Notes: a model not told the origin generated them from the sequence alone. A stretch of 64,000 nucleotides of DNA from Spirochaetota bacterium (GCA_016929135.1 JAFGJK010000142.1:2059-66058); one strand, 5' to 3'; shown: positions 44,921 through 55,504, numbered from the stretch's first letter. A program made the numbers and translations.

Positions 44921-45322
44921 TTACTGCTGCCCCGAATCGTCCGGGTCGACGGAGCCGTTCGGAGTCGCCCGGTCCACCACGTTGGGGAGCAGGTCCTTCA
45001 GAAAATCCGGGACGCGGTCCTCGGTGATCCCGGCCCTCTGCGCCAGCTGGCGTATCCGCTCCGGACCCAGAACGCTGCGCAGCTGATCCGCCGAGATGGG
45101 GCGGTTGGAACCGGTGCCGATCCAGGAGGATACCAGATCGCCCAATCCCTGCTGCCTGAATCGGTCGATGATGGTGCTGACGCCGTCGTTTTTGAACATG
45201 TCGACGATTCCGTCGAGCATCGATCGCTGCTGTTGCTGCGGCTGCCCCTGCGCGGCGGCTGCCCCCCCCTGCTCCTGTGAGAGCGCCCTGGCCGCGTTCA
45301 TTATGTTGTCAAGAAAACCCAT
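44921..45322 (-). CDS. YidB-family protein (DUF937)
   Basis: MLDGIVDMFKNDG...IDRFRQQGLGDLVSSWIGTGSNRPISADQL..VLG....LAQRAGI......LLPNVVDRATPNG. Confidence 0.8.
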   Translation of the reverse strand: MGFLDNIMNAARALSQEQGGAAAAQGQPQQQQRSMLDGIVDMFKNDGVSTIIDRFRQQGLGDLVSSWIGTGSNRPISADQLRSVLGPERIRQLAQRAGITEDRVPDFLKDLLPNVVDRATPNGSVDPDDSGQQ

Positions 45323-45385
45323 GGGTATCCTCCTTGCCCGTGATATGGTGAATGATACCGCGGAAAAGGGGCAAATGCAACCATT

Positions 45386-46276
45386 TTATCCGGTGGACAC
45401 GGCCGGTCCGGCGGTCTCCCTGTACACCAGCTCCCTGAATGCGGCCGTGAGGCGGCGCGTGAGGGGGCCGGGGGCTCCCCGGCCCACGGTCCTTCCGTCG
45501 ATGCGCACCACCGGCATGATCTCCGCGCCGGTGCCGGTGATGAAGCATTCGTCGGCACCGTAGAGGTCGAAGCGCGTCAGCCGCGTCTCGGCGCAGGGGA
45601 TGCCCATGTCTCTGGCCAGCCGGATCACCGAATCCCTGGTGATCCCCCGCAGCACCCCGCAGGAGCTGTGCGGTGTGGCCAGCGAACCGCCCTTGGCGAT
45701 GAAGATATTGTCGGCAGTGCACTCGGCCACGAATCCCTCGCGGTTCAGCATGATCGCCTCCATGCAGCCTGCCTGTTTCGCCTCTATCTTTGCCAGGATG
45801 TTGTTCAGGTAGTTCATCGACTTGATGCCCGGGTCCAGGGCGTCGGCGCCGATACGTCTGGTGGCGGCGGTGATCACCGCGATCCCCTTTTCGTAGTACT
45901 CCGCCGGGTAGAGGGAGATGTCGTCGACGATGATGATCACCGTCTCGTCGGTGCAGTTGTCCGGGTTCAGCCCCAGGTCCCCCTTACCCCTGGTCACCAC
46001 GAGCCGGATGTAGCCGTTATGCTTCCCGTTCCTTCGTACCGCCTCAAGGACCGCCGCCTCCATCGCCTCCGGCGTCAGGGGGACCGCAAGATGTATCGCC
46101 GCCGCGGAATCGTAGAGCCGTTCCAGGTGCTCCCGCAGCCTGAAAATCCGGCCGCCGTAGATGCGGATCCCCTCGAAGACCCCGTCGCCGTAGAGCAGGC
46201 CGTGATCGTAGACGGAGATCATTGCCGTCTCCCTGGAATAGTATGTACCGTTGATGTAGATCTCAGGCGTTCCCAT
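45386..46276 (-). CDS. ilvE: Class IV aminotransferase, branched-chain-amino-acid aminotransferase-like
   Basis: VYDHGLLYGDGVFEGIRIY, TRGKGDLGLNP, NYLNNILAKIEAKQAG, and GVLRGITRDSVI. ATG 46276 gives 296 aa. Confidence 0.8.
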   Translation of the reverse strand: MGTPEIYINGTYYSRETAMISVYDHGLLYGDGVFEGIRIYGGRIFRLREHLERLYDSAAAIHLAVPLTPEAMEAAVLEAVRRNGKHNGYIRLVVTRGKGDLGLNPDNCTDETVIIIVDDISLYPAEYYEKGIAVITAATRRIGADALDPGIKSMNYLNNILAKIEAKQAGCMEAIMLNREGFVAECTADNIFIAKGGSLATPHSSCGVLRGITRDSVIRLARDMGIPCAETRLTRFDLYGADECFITGTGAEIMPVVRIDGRTVGRGAPGPLTRRLTAAFRELVYRETAGPAVSTG

Positions 46277-47093
46277 GACGCACCTCCCTGTCCGAGAATA
46301 TATCCCTGAGCAGGCGGTAGTTGCGGCCGAAGCGCTCGATGAGCGCATCGTCGAACCTGCTCACGATCTTCATGATGTAGACGTCGTGCTTGATGTAGTC
46401 CTCCGCCAGGGTGACGAACCCCGCGTTCATGCTCCATGCACCCTCGGCGGAGCCGTCGTTGGCGATGGTGCCGATGAGCGCCTCCTCGGAGTCCGCCACC
46501 ATCGTCAGCCCCCGCCCCCCCTTCTCGTTGTAGATGGTGTCCTCGATGGGGTGGGGGAACACGGTGCCGATGCCGGCCTCGGTGTCCGGGGGGCTGAAGA
46601 GGACCATGGCGATGCGGACCCCACCGGCGGCGGCCTCGCGCAGTGCACCCTCCAGAATCGCCAGCTCCGTTCCCCAGATCGAGACGAGCAGTTCCCTGCG
46701 GCAGTCCCGTGCCATTCGCTCCGCCTTTTCCATCAGGTGGCGCTGCTCCCGCACGTTCCAGATGTAGGAGACCTCGGAGGCCCGGTGCGCCCGCGCCAGG
46801 TCGCTCCTCAGAGAATCCAGGGTGGATTCCATGCGCCGCCGCTGGCTGCCGATGAATTCCTCCGGCCGTATGGGTACGTGGCGCTTCTTGCCACCCTCCA
46901 TCACGGTATGCACCATCCCGCGCGCCTCCAGCTTGCCGATCACCTGATAGATCTTCGAGGTGGGGAGGCCCGCCTCTCGTGCCACCTCGTAGGCGGTGGC
47001 GGGGTGGGACGTCAGTAGTGCCAGGTAGGCCCGTGATTCGTACTCAGAGCACCCCAGCTCCATGAGCCGTTGTACCATATTATTAACTACCAT
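46263..47093 (-). CDS. TrmB-family transcriptional regulator
   Basis: The N-terminal winged helix reads LMELGCSEYESRAYLALLTSHPATAYEVAREAGLPTSKIYQVIGKLEARGMV. Alternative starts are at 47078 and 47102. The 3' end overlaps the ilvE start by 14 nt. Confidence 0.8.
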   Translation of the reverse strand: MVVNNMVQRLMELGCSEYESRAYLALLTSHPATAYEVAREAGLPTSKIYQVIGKLEARGMVHTVMEGGKKRHVPIRPEEFIGSQRRRMESTLDSLRSDLARAHRASEVSYIWNVREQRHLMEKAERMARDCRRELLVSIWGTELAILEGALREAAAGGVRIAMVLFSPPDTEAGIGTVFPHPIEDTIYNEKGGRGLTMVADSEEALIGTIANDGSAEGAWSMNAGFVTLAEDYIKHDVYIMKIVSRFDDALIERFGRNYRLLRDIFSDREVRHGNA

Positions 47094-47327
47094 AGTAGTC
47101 AATAAAACCGACAGCTCTTACTGGTCAACACTTTTTTTGCGCGATACGGCCATATTTTCGGATTTCAGTGCACCGCTCCCCCCACGGTGCCGATCATAAG
47201 TACAGCGGTTAGGCGCCCTGGCGCTGGGGCATCCGGGAGCGGCGGCTTCCGCCGCGCGACCCATACTCCGGATCTCGGTGCCGTAGGGGCATTTCAAAAT
47301 CTGACGGGCAAATGAGGAGGCGTGCAT

Positions 47328-48476
47328 ATGTCGCTCTCTCGGAGGGTTGTGGAATACCTGTTCGCGAAGGCGGGGATCACGGTCGGGGGGGGGCGGGATC
47401 ACGATATCGAGGTTCATGACGGGCGGTTCTACCGCCGTCTCCTCCTTCGCGGCTCTCTGGGGCTCGGAGAGTCCTTCATGGACGGCTGGTGGGACAGTCC
47501 CCGCCTGGACGAATTCACCCGCCGGCTGGTGCTGCTGGATTCATCCCCCGGTACAAACCCCCACAACCTTGTTCACGCGGTGAAGGCGCGTCTGCTGAAC
47601 CGGCAGAGCAGGAGACTGTCGGGCGACGTTGCGGCACTGCACTACAATCTTGACAACGACCTCTACCGCCACATGCTGGGGCCGAGCATGGCCTATACCT
47701 GCGCCTACTGGCCGGGAAGCCACGGTCTGGACGACGCCCAGTTCGGCAAGTACGATCTGGTGTGCCGGAAGATCGGGCTGAGGGGGGGGGAGCGGATCCT
47801 GGACCTGGGCTGCGGCTTCGGGGGCTTCGCGAAGTATGCGGCCAAGCGCTACGGGTGCTCGGTGGTATGCGTGAACCTCTCGGAGGAGCAGCTGCAGTAC
47901 GCCCGGGAGCTCTGCCGGGGACTGCCGGTGGAGTTTTACCTGTGCGATTACCGGGACGTCGGGGCATACAATCCGGACCGATCCCTGTTCCACAAGATCG
48001 TGGCTATCGGGCTGTGCGAGCACGTGGGTCCGAAGAACTACCGGCGGTGGCTCACAATCGTGCGCGACCAGCTTGCGCCGGAGGGTCTCTTCCTGCTCCA
48101 CACGATCGGCATCAACATAACGAAGCGCTACTGCGATCCCTGGTACGACCGCTATATCTTCCCGAACGGCACCCTCCCCTCCATAGGGCTTCTCGGAGCC
48201 TCCATGGAGGGGCTCTTTGTCATGGAGGACTGGCACAACCTGGGGGCGGATTACTATCGCACCCTGCACGCCTGGTGGGACAACTTCGAGCGGTACTGGC
48301 GCGGCAGGTTCGGTGAATCCGGCGATGCGATGACGCCGACGCAGCGCCGCTTCTACCGCATGTGGAAGTATTACATCATCGGAGGGAGCGGCGCCTTCCT
48401 GGCGCGCCACATCCAGCTGTGGCAGATAGTGCTCTCCCGGGGGTCGCTTCCGGCTCCGTACGTATCGGTGCGGTAG
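47328..48476 (+). CDS. cfa: Cyclopropane-fatty-acyl-phospholipid synthase family SAM-dependent methyltransferase
   Basis: HYNLDNDLY, ILDLGCGFGGFAKYAA (SAM motif I) and FDKIVAIGLCEHVG-like region. ATG 47328 follows GAGGAGG. Confidence 0.8.
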   Translation: MSLSRRVVEYLFAKAGITVGGGRDHDIEVHDGRFYRRLLLRGSLGLGESFMDGWWDSPRLDEFTRRLVLLDSSPGTNPHNLVHAVKARLLNRQSRRLSGDVAALHYNLDNDLYRHMLGPSMAYTCAYWPGSHGLDDAQFGKYDLVCRKIGLRGGERILDLGCGFGGFAKYAAKRYGCSVVCVNLSEEQLQYARELCRGLPVEFYLCDYRDVGAYNPDRSLFHKIVAIGLCEHVGPKNYRRWLTIVRDQLAPEGLFLLHTIGINITKRYCDPWYDRYIFPNGTLPSIGLLGASMEGLFVMEDWHNLGADYYRTLHAWWDNFERYWRGRFGESGDAMTPTQRRFYRMWKYYIIGGSGAFLARHIQLWQIVLSRGSLPAPYVSVR

Positions 48477-48479
48477 TGG

Positions 48480-49427
48480 CTACCGCGTGAACCGCCTGAT
48501 CTTGTAGGAGAGCACCTCGTCCAGGTACGGCCAGATGAAGCAGACCATGCCGAAAAGGGCGCACAGCGGCATGTAGACCACCAGTATGGGACTGCTCCAT
48601 CCCGGCCGGCAGATCCAGTGGCACATCCTCGTCCCCTGGTATATCCCGTCGGCGTAGAGGAGGAGCATGGCGAGCCCGTGGTAGCATAGTGGCACCGAGA
48701 GAATCATCCACGCCCTGCAATCGAGCCGGTGGTCCTTCCTGAAGAGCGGCACGAAGATTATCACCGCCAGGAATGCCGCGCCGAAGACCGCCGTGATGGT
48801 GAGGGTCTCGCCGATCCAGGCGTACATCGGGTGGAACACCCGGTACACGATACCGTAGGTCAGCGCGAAGGCGGGCAGGGCGGCAGCCAGGGGAACAAGT
48901 ATGTCCCTGACTGATCCCCCCCCGCGGAACAGGCGGTATCCCAGGCGCACCATGAGGGAGAAGGAGAACACGATTATGAGCCAGCCGGTGAAGTTCCGGT
49001 AGGGGATGTCGAAGAAGACGTTCGTGTCCGGTGCGGTGTTCCAGGTCCAGAAATCCAGGGCCACCGCGATGGGGTCCATGTTCCAGTCGATGTTGGCCAC
49101 CAGAAGCGCGTCCACCACCGGCCTGATTCCCCAGGGGCCCTCCAGCAGGTCCGAGGTGGTCATGGCGGCGTAAAACAGGACCGACCAGCCCAGGGTGATC
49201 CAGAGCGGGATCCCCCCGGGGAGCATCACCAGGAACTGGCCGTAGGTGTAGGTGGATCCGCCGGAATGGGTGAACAGGTAGTCCACCACGTAGCAGAATA
49301 TGAGCACCCCGGCGGTGGTGGCCAGGAGCTGCCGGGAATTCTCCCGCGTGGCCTCGTGGTAGAGGGTCAGCGCGAAGAGGACATAGGTGAGGAATTCGAT
49401 GATCAGCTTGGACAGTGTGATCTCCAT
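48480..49427 (-). CDS. Polytopic membrane protein, possibly DUF422 / CruF-like carotenoid-biosynthesis family
   Basis: About 8 hydrophobic helices. The DWNMDPIAVALDFWTW and IPYRNFTGW motifs resemble DUF422. The family assignment is from memory only. Confidence 0.5.
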   Translation of the reverse strand: MEITLSKLIIEFLTYVLFALTLYHEATRENSRQLLATTAGVLIFCYVVDYLFTHSGGSTYTYGQFLVMLPGGIPLWITLGWSVLFYAAMTTSDLLEGPWGIRPVVDALLVANIDWNMDPIAVALDFWTWNTAPDTNVFFDIPYRNFTGWLIIVFSFSLMVRLGYRLFRGGGSVRDILVPLAAALPAFALTYGIVYRVFHPMYAWIGETLTITAVFGAAFLAVIIFVPLFRKDHRLDCRAWMILSVPLCYHGLAMLLLYADGIYQGTRMCHWICRPGWSSPILVVYMPLCALFGMVCFIWPYLDEVLSYKIRRFTR

Positions 49428-49476
49428 AACGCTCTCCTTGTATCCGGTTTCGGCGCCCCTTGCGGGCGCCTCGTTT

Positions 49477-52400
49477 TTATCCGAAGTAATCGAGGACCAG
49501 CATGGTCACGTCGTCTTCCTGGCTTTCGTTCCCCGTGTACACCGCCAACTCCCGCAGTAGGTTGTCGCACATCGCGTCTGGGTCCGGGGACCGCTCGGAA
49601 ATTCCCCTGATCCACGAGAAGAACCAGTCGGTGTCCAGGCCCAGCATCCGCCCCTCGGGATTGATGGTGTCTATTATACCGTCCGTGTACATCAGTATCC
49701 TGTCCCCCCTCTCCAGGCGGGCCGTTACGTTGGTGGAACCGGGCTCGAAGTAGTCGTATATCATCCTGCCGGGGGCCCTGATGAAACGGGTGTCGCCGCT
49801 CCTGTTGATGACGATGCAGGGGGGGTGCCCCGCGCTCGCCGTGGTGAGGGTCCCCCGCCTGAGGTCGATCGCGCAGATGCAGGCGGTGATGAAGTTCCCC
49901 CCCAGCTTCCCCCGCAGGGCGCTCTGGATCTTCGCGATCATGAGGGCAGGGTCTCTGAGGTGCTCGTCCCAGAGGAAGTCCAGCGTGGTGCTCAGGGTCG
50001 AGGAGGTCATGGCGGCGGGTATGCCGTGTCCCGAAACGTCCGAGATGAACAGCCCCAGCATTCCCGATTCCGTGCCGTGCACGATGTTCACGTAGTCGCC
50101 GCCGACGATGCTCATGGGCTTGTAGCGGTAGGCGATGGCGATGTCGTCTATCAGCGGAAGGACCCGGGGGAGCAGGGCCTCCTGAATCGTCTTCGCCATC
50201 TCGATCTCGCTTTTCAGGATGGCGTTTTTCTTTTCGCGCTCGAGAAAGAGGGCGTTGTTGATGGAGATTGCGCACTGCGACATCATGATGGAGAGGAACT
50301 CGAGCCTCTCTGGCGTGAAGATGCCCGCCGCCAGGTTGTTCTCCAGGTAGAGGAAGCCGCTGATGCCCCCCCTGTCGTTTATGGAAAGACAGAGTATGGA
50401 TTTCGACGCGTCCTTCACAATACGCGGGTCCTCCATGAACATCCCCGAGGCGGAGGCGTTGTCCAGTATGACGCTCTCGCCGGTACGCCGCACGTAGTTC
50501 ACCACGGATTCAGGCATGTCCATCCTGTCGCTGGGCGGCCCGACGGTGATCCTGAAGCTCCCCTCCCTGTCGGCGTGTGCCTCTGTGTAGAGCGTTGGCG
50601 TCGGTTCCTGGCTCGTGGCGACGCTCTCTGCGACGATCAGGGGTCTCCCCTCGCTGTAGATGCAGAGGATGCCCCTCCTGGCCCCCGCGTTTTCGACGGC
50701 GATCCGTATGATGATCCGCAGCAGGTTTTCCAGCACCATCTCGCGGGATACCGCCTGTGAGAGCTTCACCACTGCGTCCAGGTCGAGCCGCCTGGATGTG
50801 CCGTCGGTACTGGATGGATCCTGGGACGACGGATTGTGCAGGCCGATGCGGCCCAGGATCTCGCCGTAGCGTTTTCGCAGGTGGGCGGCCTTCGCCTTCG
50901 CCCCCCACTTGTCGTACAGGTAGGCCGCCTCCTCCAGGTAGGATGACGCGCTGCGCCCGCTCCCGAGCCGTATGAGGAAGCGGGCCGCGAGCTCGTTTGC
51001 CAGCGCCGCATAACGCGAGAAACCGCTCTCGATGGCCGCGTCTATGGAACGGTCGTAGCATTCAATCGTCTCCCGGATTCTGCCGGATATCCTGAGGGTC
51101 TCGGCTTCCATGAGGTACCGGTGATGGAGAAAATTTTCCCGGCAGTTGTCGGTCCATGCGCGCATCATCCGGTATTCCCGCCGCATCCTGGCCCTCGCCG
51201 AAAGCCGTGCCGCCGGACTGAGATTATCGTGGTTCAGCGAGGAGGCAAGGAATGAATGGATGCAGAACTCGGCCGACGATGGCGTCCCGACGATGGCCCA
51301 CCGGATCCGGTCGATCTCCCTGACGTGGCGCGGCGCCTCGGCGTAGCGTTCGAAGAGAATCGACAGCTGGAGCTTTGCCAAGTGAAAACCCGCAACACCG
51401 GTATTGTAACCGGCATCTTTCATCCTGGCGAGGCACGACTCCTCGTCGAAGCCGTCGCCGTCGAGGGACCTGGTGTCGGGGGTCGCGCCCTGGAGCGTCT
51501 GCCAGAGGCGGAGGAAGATCATCGCCCTGTCCCTGACGTCCTGGTAGTTGGCGCTTTCGATGATGCCCAGATAGTGCGAGCTGAGCCGCACCGCCTCGGC
51601 GAGATCGATCTGCGGGTCCCACTGGGGGATGCAGTAGCAGGCGAGGGAGGTATAGGTGAGGTCCCCCGACTGGAGCCCGGCGTCCACTGCGTAGTGGAGG
51701 TATGCCGGCATGGTCTTCCAGTGTTCGTTCCAGCCGTGTATGAAGACGCTGTAATTGAACAGGATGCGGCAGCGGATCTCCAGGTCGTTGAACTGTTCGT
51801 TCAGCATCACCCCGGTCTTTCCGAACTCGTAGGAATCCCGCAGTCTGCCGAAGTACCCGGCAAGTATGGCCCCGTAGGTGGTGTAGGCGTACGCCGATTC
51901 CGGGCTGTTGCCGTGGCAAAGCGAGATGTTCACCTGCTTCATGTTCGTCACCACCATGAGGTTCGGGTTGCCCGAGAGGTACGCCGGCGGCCCCAGCTCC
52001 ATCAGTATCCTCATGGAGAGCTTTTTCTCCGGATCGGTGAGTAGCGGGGCCTTCACGATGTCGGCGATGTCCCTCCCGCGCATGTTCCTTTTCGCCTGGA
52101 GGATCTCCCGCAGTATCGCAAGCTTCGAGGGCCTCTTCTTTACCCGTATCCCCAAAAGCGCCAGCCCCCTGATGCCCGCATTGATAGCCTCGTCGAGCTT
52201 CCCCCGCACGGTGTACTGCACCGCCTGCATTCTCAGAATGCGCGCCCGCTCGTAGACGGTACGCGACCGTTCCATGAGCAGAGAGATGATCTCCTCGGCA
52301 CGCCGGAACTCGCCGCAGAGGTAGGCCGCCTGGGAAAGCTCGCTGTGGAGTTCGAAGGTGAGATCGTACTGCTCCTCCCAGGGATTATCCTTCAGGAAGC

Positions 52401-54756
52401 CGATGCCCTTCATGACGTACTGCAGCGCCGGCTGATACGCCGTGGAGAGGCGGGCCCGAATCGCCGCGGCAAGGTTCAGCCTGGCGGCAGCCTCACGCTC
52501 CTGTTCGCCGGTGATAAGTTCGCTCGCCTCGTTCAGATGGTGGGCGATGCGGATCGTCAGGTCGTCCCGCTCTTCTGTCTCGGCGAATCGAAGCATGAGC
52601 CTGCCGATGGTCAGGTGCAGCCGCGGGCGATCCTCCTCACCCACCATGGAATATGCCGCCTGCTGGACCCTGTCATGCTGGAATCGGAAGGTCACGTCGA
52701 AATCAGCCGTCTGTCCCTCCATCCAGGGGGAGGCGCTCAGCATCAGGCGGTATCTGTCGTCCAGCGGGTATATCACCTCCTGCCGCGCCGCCTCCCAGAG
52801 GGCTTCGGCCGCGGCGGCCGGCGTCGTTTCGGAGATGACGGAGAGTGTCTTCAGATCGAAGAAGTTGCCCATGCAGGAGGCCAGTTGGAGCATTTTCAGC
52901 GTCCGGTCCGGCAGGCACTTCAGCTTGTCGATCATGAACTCGATGACGTTGTCGCTGATCTCCTGTGAGCCGATCCGTTCCGGGTTCCACTGCCATCGCC
53001 GATCGTCGTAGGAGAAGGAGAGCCAGCCTTCGCGGTAGAGCCTTTTCAGGAATTCCACCGTGAAGAAGGGATTCCCCTCGGTCTTTCTGTAGACCATTTC
53101 GGTCAGGGGGAGGGAGTGGTGCGTATCGCAGGTGATGGCGTCGGCGATATACCGGTTGACGGTGCCGCGGTCCAGGGGATTCAGCGACAGGGTATCCAGA
53201 ATTCCCGCCTTTCCGGTTTCGGTCAGCAGGAGGAGCAGGGGATGCCCCTCGCGAACCTCGTTGTCACGGTATGCACCGATGATCAGCATGCTCCGCAGAC
53301 CACGGGTCAGGAGCAGCCTCTGGATCAGGTTCAGGGAGGGCGGGTCGCTCCACTGGAGGTCGTCGAGGAAGATCACCAGAGGGTGATCCTCCCGCGCGAA
53401 GATGGAGATGAAGTTCCGCAGGGTGATGATGAAGCGGTTTTCAGATTCCGCCGGATTCACCTGCGGCAGCTTCGGCTGGGGCCCGATGATCGACACGAGC
53501 TCAGGTACCATGTCGGTCATGATGCTTCCGTTGGGGCCCAGCGCCTCAACGAGAAGGTCCCTCCAGACGGCCAGGCGGCTCTCGGACTCCGAGAGGAGCT
53601 GCCTGGTAAGATCCCGGAAGGCCTGGGCCAGGGCGCTGTAGGGATCGTTCCGGTGGTACTGATCGAATTTACCGGCGATGAAGTATCCCTTTTTCTCGGT
53701 AACGGGCCTGTGTATCTCCCCCACCAGGGCCGATTTCCCCACGCCCGCGTAACCCGAGATGGCCAGAAGACGAGCCGGTCCGGCGATGGTTCTGTGGAAG
53801 CAGTTGAGTATCTCCCCCACCTCTCCGTCGCGTCCGTAGAGACGCTGCGGCAGCCTGAAGGTGTCCGGGACATCCTGCTCGCCGGGAGCGAAGTATTCGA
53901 TCCCGCCATCGCGGAGAAGGTCGCGGCAGCGCTCGAGATCGGAGAGGATACCGGCGGTGCTCTGGTACCGGTCTTCCTGGTTTTTCGCCATGAGCTTCAT
54001 TATGATGTCTGACAGGGCCTTCGGAATATTGCTTGCCAGCTCGTGCGGCGGCATCGGCATCCTTGCGATATGTGAGTGGACCATTTCCATCGTGTCGCTC
54101 CCCTGGAAGGGGAGGAAGCCCATGAGTATCTGATAGAAGGTGATTCCCAAAGAGTAGAAGTCGCTCCTGTAGTCCACGGTGCGGTTCATCCGGCCGGTCT
54201 GCTCCGGCGACATGTAGGCCAGCGTCCCCTCGAATCTCCCCGGATTGAGCATCGAGGGATTCTCCTTGGTGAGCCGGCTGGATATGCTGAAGTCAATGAG
54301 GCGCAGTCGGTCGTCGCTCCTGTTCCAGATAAGGTTTGCCGGCTTCATGTCCTTGTAGATGACGCCGTTCTTGTGTATGCCGCTCAGGATTTTTGTGATT
54401 CGTATCGCCAGGTCCAGAAAGATATCGATCCTGTGCGATATGAGGTGTATCTGGCGGCGTAGGGATTCACCGCCGATGTCCTCCATCGCCATGAAGAGGG
54501 TGTTCCTGACATGCCTGAGCTCCAGAACCTGTATCACGCCATCGACGTTGAGACTGCTGATGATATGGAATTCGTGGTTGAGACGCGCCACCTCCTCCTG
54601 CGAGGGATAGGAGGCCTTCAGCATCTTCAGGACGGCGGGGTGCCTGTCACGGTCCCTGAGGCCGCGGTATACCACCGAATGCTGGCTTTCATAAACCTTT
54701 TCTGTGACCGTGTATTCGGGTAATCGTATCATTTCATGCGCTTTATCTCCCGTCAC
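49477..54756 (-). CDS. Multidomain signalling protein: Ser/Thr protein kinase - AAA_16 (STAND) ATPase - TPR-like region - GAF - PP2C/SpoIIE phosphatase (1759 aa)
   Basis: The kinase has AVLKMLK, YKDMKPANLIW, IDFSIS and YMSPEQ. The Walker A motif is GYAGVGKSALVGEI. A long helical/TPR-like middle region follows, then a GAF-like segment. The C-terminal SpoIIE region has GGDYVNIV, FISDVSGHGIPAA, ASAGHPP, MYTDGIID and EDDVTMLVL. Confidence 0.9.
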   Translation of the reverse strand: MTGDKAHEMIRLPEYTVTEKVYESQHSVVYRGLRDRDRHPAVLKMLKASYPSQEEVARLNHEFHIISSLNVDGVIQVLELRHVRNTLFMAMEDIGGESLRRQIHLISHRIDIFLDLAIRITKILSGIHKNGVIYKDMKPANLIWNRSDDRLRLIDFSISSRLTKENPSMLNPGRFEGTLAYMSPEQTGRMNRTVDYRSDFYSLGITFYQILMGFLPFQGSDTMEMVHSHIARMPMPPHELASNIPKALSDIIMKLMAKNQEDRYQSTAGILSDLERCRDLLRDGGIEYFAPGEQDVPDTFRLPQRLYGRDGEVGEILNCFHRTIAGPARLLAISGYAGVGKSALVGEIHRPVTEKKGYFIAGKFDQYHRNDPYSALAQAFRDLTRQLLSESESRLAVWRDLLVEALGPNGSIMTDMVPELVSIIGPQPKLPQVNPAESENRFIITLRNFISIFAREDHPLVIFLDDLQWSDPPSLNLIQRLLLTRGLRSMLIIGAYRDNEVREGHPLLLLLTETGKAGILDTLSLNPLDRGTVNRYIADAITCDTHHSLPLTEMVYRKTEGNPFFTVEFLKRLYREGWLSFSYDDRRWQWNPERIGSQEISDNVIEFMIDKLKCLPDRTLKMLQLASCMGNFFDLKTLSVISETTPAAAAEALWEAARQEVIYPLDDRYRLMLSASPWMEGQTADFDVTFRFQHDRVQQAAYSMVGEEDRPRLHLTIGRLMLRFAETEERDDLTIRIAHHLNEASELITGEQEREAAARLNLAAAIRARLSTAYQPALQYVMKGIGFLKDNPWEEQYDLTFELHSELSQAAYLCGEFRRAEEIISLLMERSRTVYERARILRMQAVQYTVRGKLDEAINAGIRGLALLGIRVKKRPSKLAILREILQAKRNMRGRDIADIVKAPLLTDPEKKLSMRILMELGPPAYLSGNPNLMVVTNMKQVNISLCHGNSPESAYAYTTYGAILAGYFGRLRDSYEFGKTGVMLNEQFNDLEIRCRILFNYSVFIHGWNEHWKTMPAYLHYAVDAGLQSGDLTYTSLACYCIPQWDPQIDLAEAVRLSSHYLGIIESANYQDVRDRAMIFLRLWQTLQGATPDTRSLDGDGFDEESCLARMKDAGYNTGVAGFHLAKLQLSILFERYAEAPRHVREIDRIRWAIVGTPSSAEFCIHSFLASSLNHDNLSPAARLSARARMRREYRMMRAWTDNCRENFLHHRYLMEAETLRISGRIRETIECYDRSIDAAIESGFSRYAALANELAARFLIRLGSGRSASSYLEEAAYLYDKWGAKAKAAHLRKRYGEILGRIGLHNPSSQDPSSTDGTSRRLDLDAVVKLSQAVSREMVLENLLRIIIRIAVENAGARRGILCIYSEGRPLIVAESVATSQEPTPTLYTEAHADREGSFRITVGPPSDRMDMPESVVNYVRRTGESVILDNASASGMFMEDPRIVKDASKSILCLSINDRGGISGFLYLENNLAAGIFTPERLEFLSIMMSQCAISINNALFLEREKKNAILKSEIEMAKTIQEALLPRVLPLIDDIAIAYRYKPMSIVGGDYVNIVHGTESGMLGLFISDVSGHGIPAAMTSSTLSTTLDFLWDEHLRDPALMIAKIQSALRGKLGGNFITACICAIDLRRGTLTTASAGHPPCIVINRSGDTRFIRAPGRMIYDYFEPGSTNVTARLERGDRILMYTDGIIDTINPEGRMLGLDTDWFFSWIRGISERSPDPDAMCDNLLRELAVYTGNESQEDDVTMLVLDYFG

Positions 54757-55270
54757 TTTTGCACACGATGCCGGGAGATACCCGACGCTGCCTCAAGACG
54801 GCGTTCTCCGGCCACTTCATCATGTTGGTTTTCAATGCTGAACGGTCCCGGCTTCTCGTATCTATATTCGAACGCCCGGCAGGGGATTCGATCGAAGCGG
54901 ACCCGATATCGTTTTGATGAATAGATTCTTACATCTGCCGGCATCTGTCAAGAAATTGAACAGCGGATGGAGGAAAAAGTATCGGTGGCAAATATCGTCG
55001 GGAGGACTGCACCATCCGGACCCTGACGATGCAGACCCGCCACATCCCGGCGGCCGAGCCGGCACCGCTTGCTTATGTCGCCACAGGGATGATGAGGGCG
55101 CGCAGAAAATCGGGGCCCCCCGGGGAAGGTTTCGCTGACCGTCCCATCTGCATGTTCGGGAATAATTTCACGAGAAAAACATTTTTTACTTGAATTGTTA
55201 TTGAAAATGAGAAGAATACTAAATAGGAGCTCCGGCGGGATTCCCGTTGCGTCGGCCGGAACACCGTTCA

Positions 55271-55495
55271 ATGGCATTTAGAAAGGTACCCGGGTTTCCT
55301 GGAAAACTCTATGTCCCCGACGAGGTGGCGCGCGCCGAAAAGAAGCACGACTGCAAGGACTGCTTCTCCTGCGGATGGTGCGATGACGAACGATGCCGTC
55401 TCTGCCTGAAGGGGAAGAAGTGTGATCGTTGCGGCGACAGGCAGGAAGGGGATGACAGCGGCAGTGCCCCGGAGGGTACGGGAACAGTTCCATAA
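55271..55495 (+). CDS. Small Cys-rich protein (8 Cys: CX2CX2CX2CX5CX2CX6CX2C), hypothetical
   Basis: MAFRKVPGFPGKLYVPDE...CKDCFSCGWCDDERCRLCLKGKKCDRC. It ends 9 nt before the STAS start. The start codon is uncertain (TTG 55247 is an alternative) and the RBS is weak. Confidence 0.45.
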   Translation: MAFRKVPGFPGKLYVPDEVARAEKKHDCKDCFSCGWCDDERCRLCLKGKKCDRCGDRQEGDDSGSAPEGTGTVP

Positions 55496-55504
55496 CGACA
55501 GACA

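Noticed and set aside
55061-55072. A sigma-54-like GGCAC...TTGC string (GGCACCGCTTGC) in the divergent intergenic region between the giant kinase gene and the Cys-rich/STAS genes.
   Set aside because: The spacing between the GG and GC dinucleotides is 2 nt shorter than the canonical TGGCAC-N5-TTGC, so it is unlikely to be a functional -24/-12 promoter.
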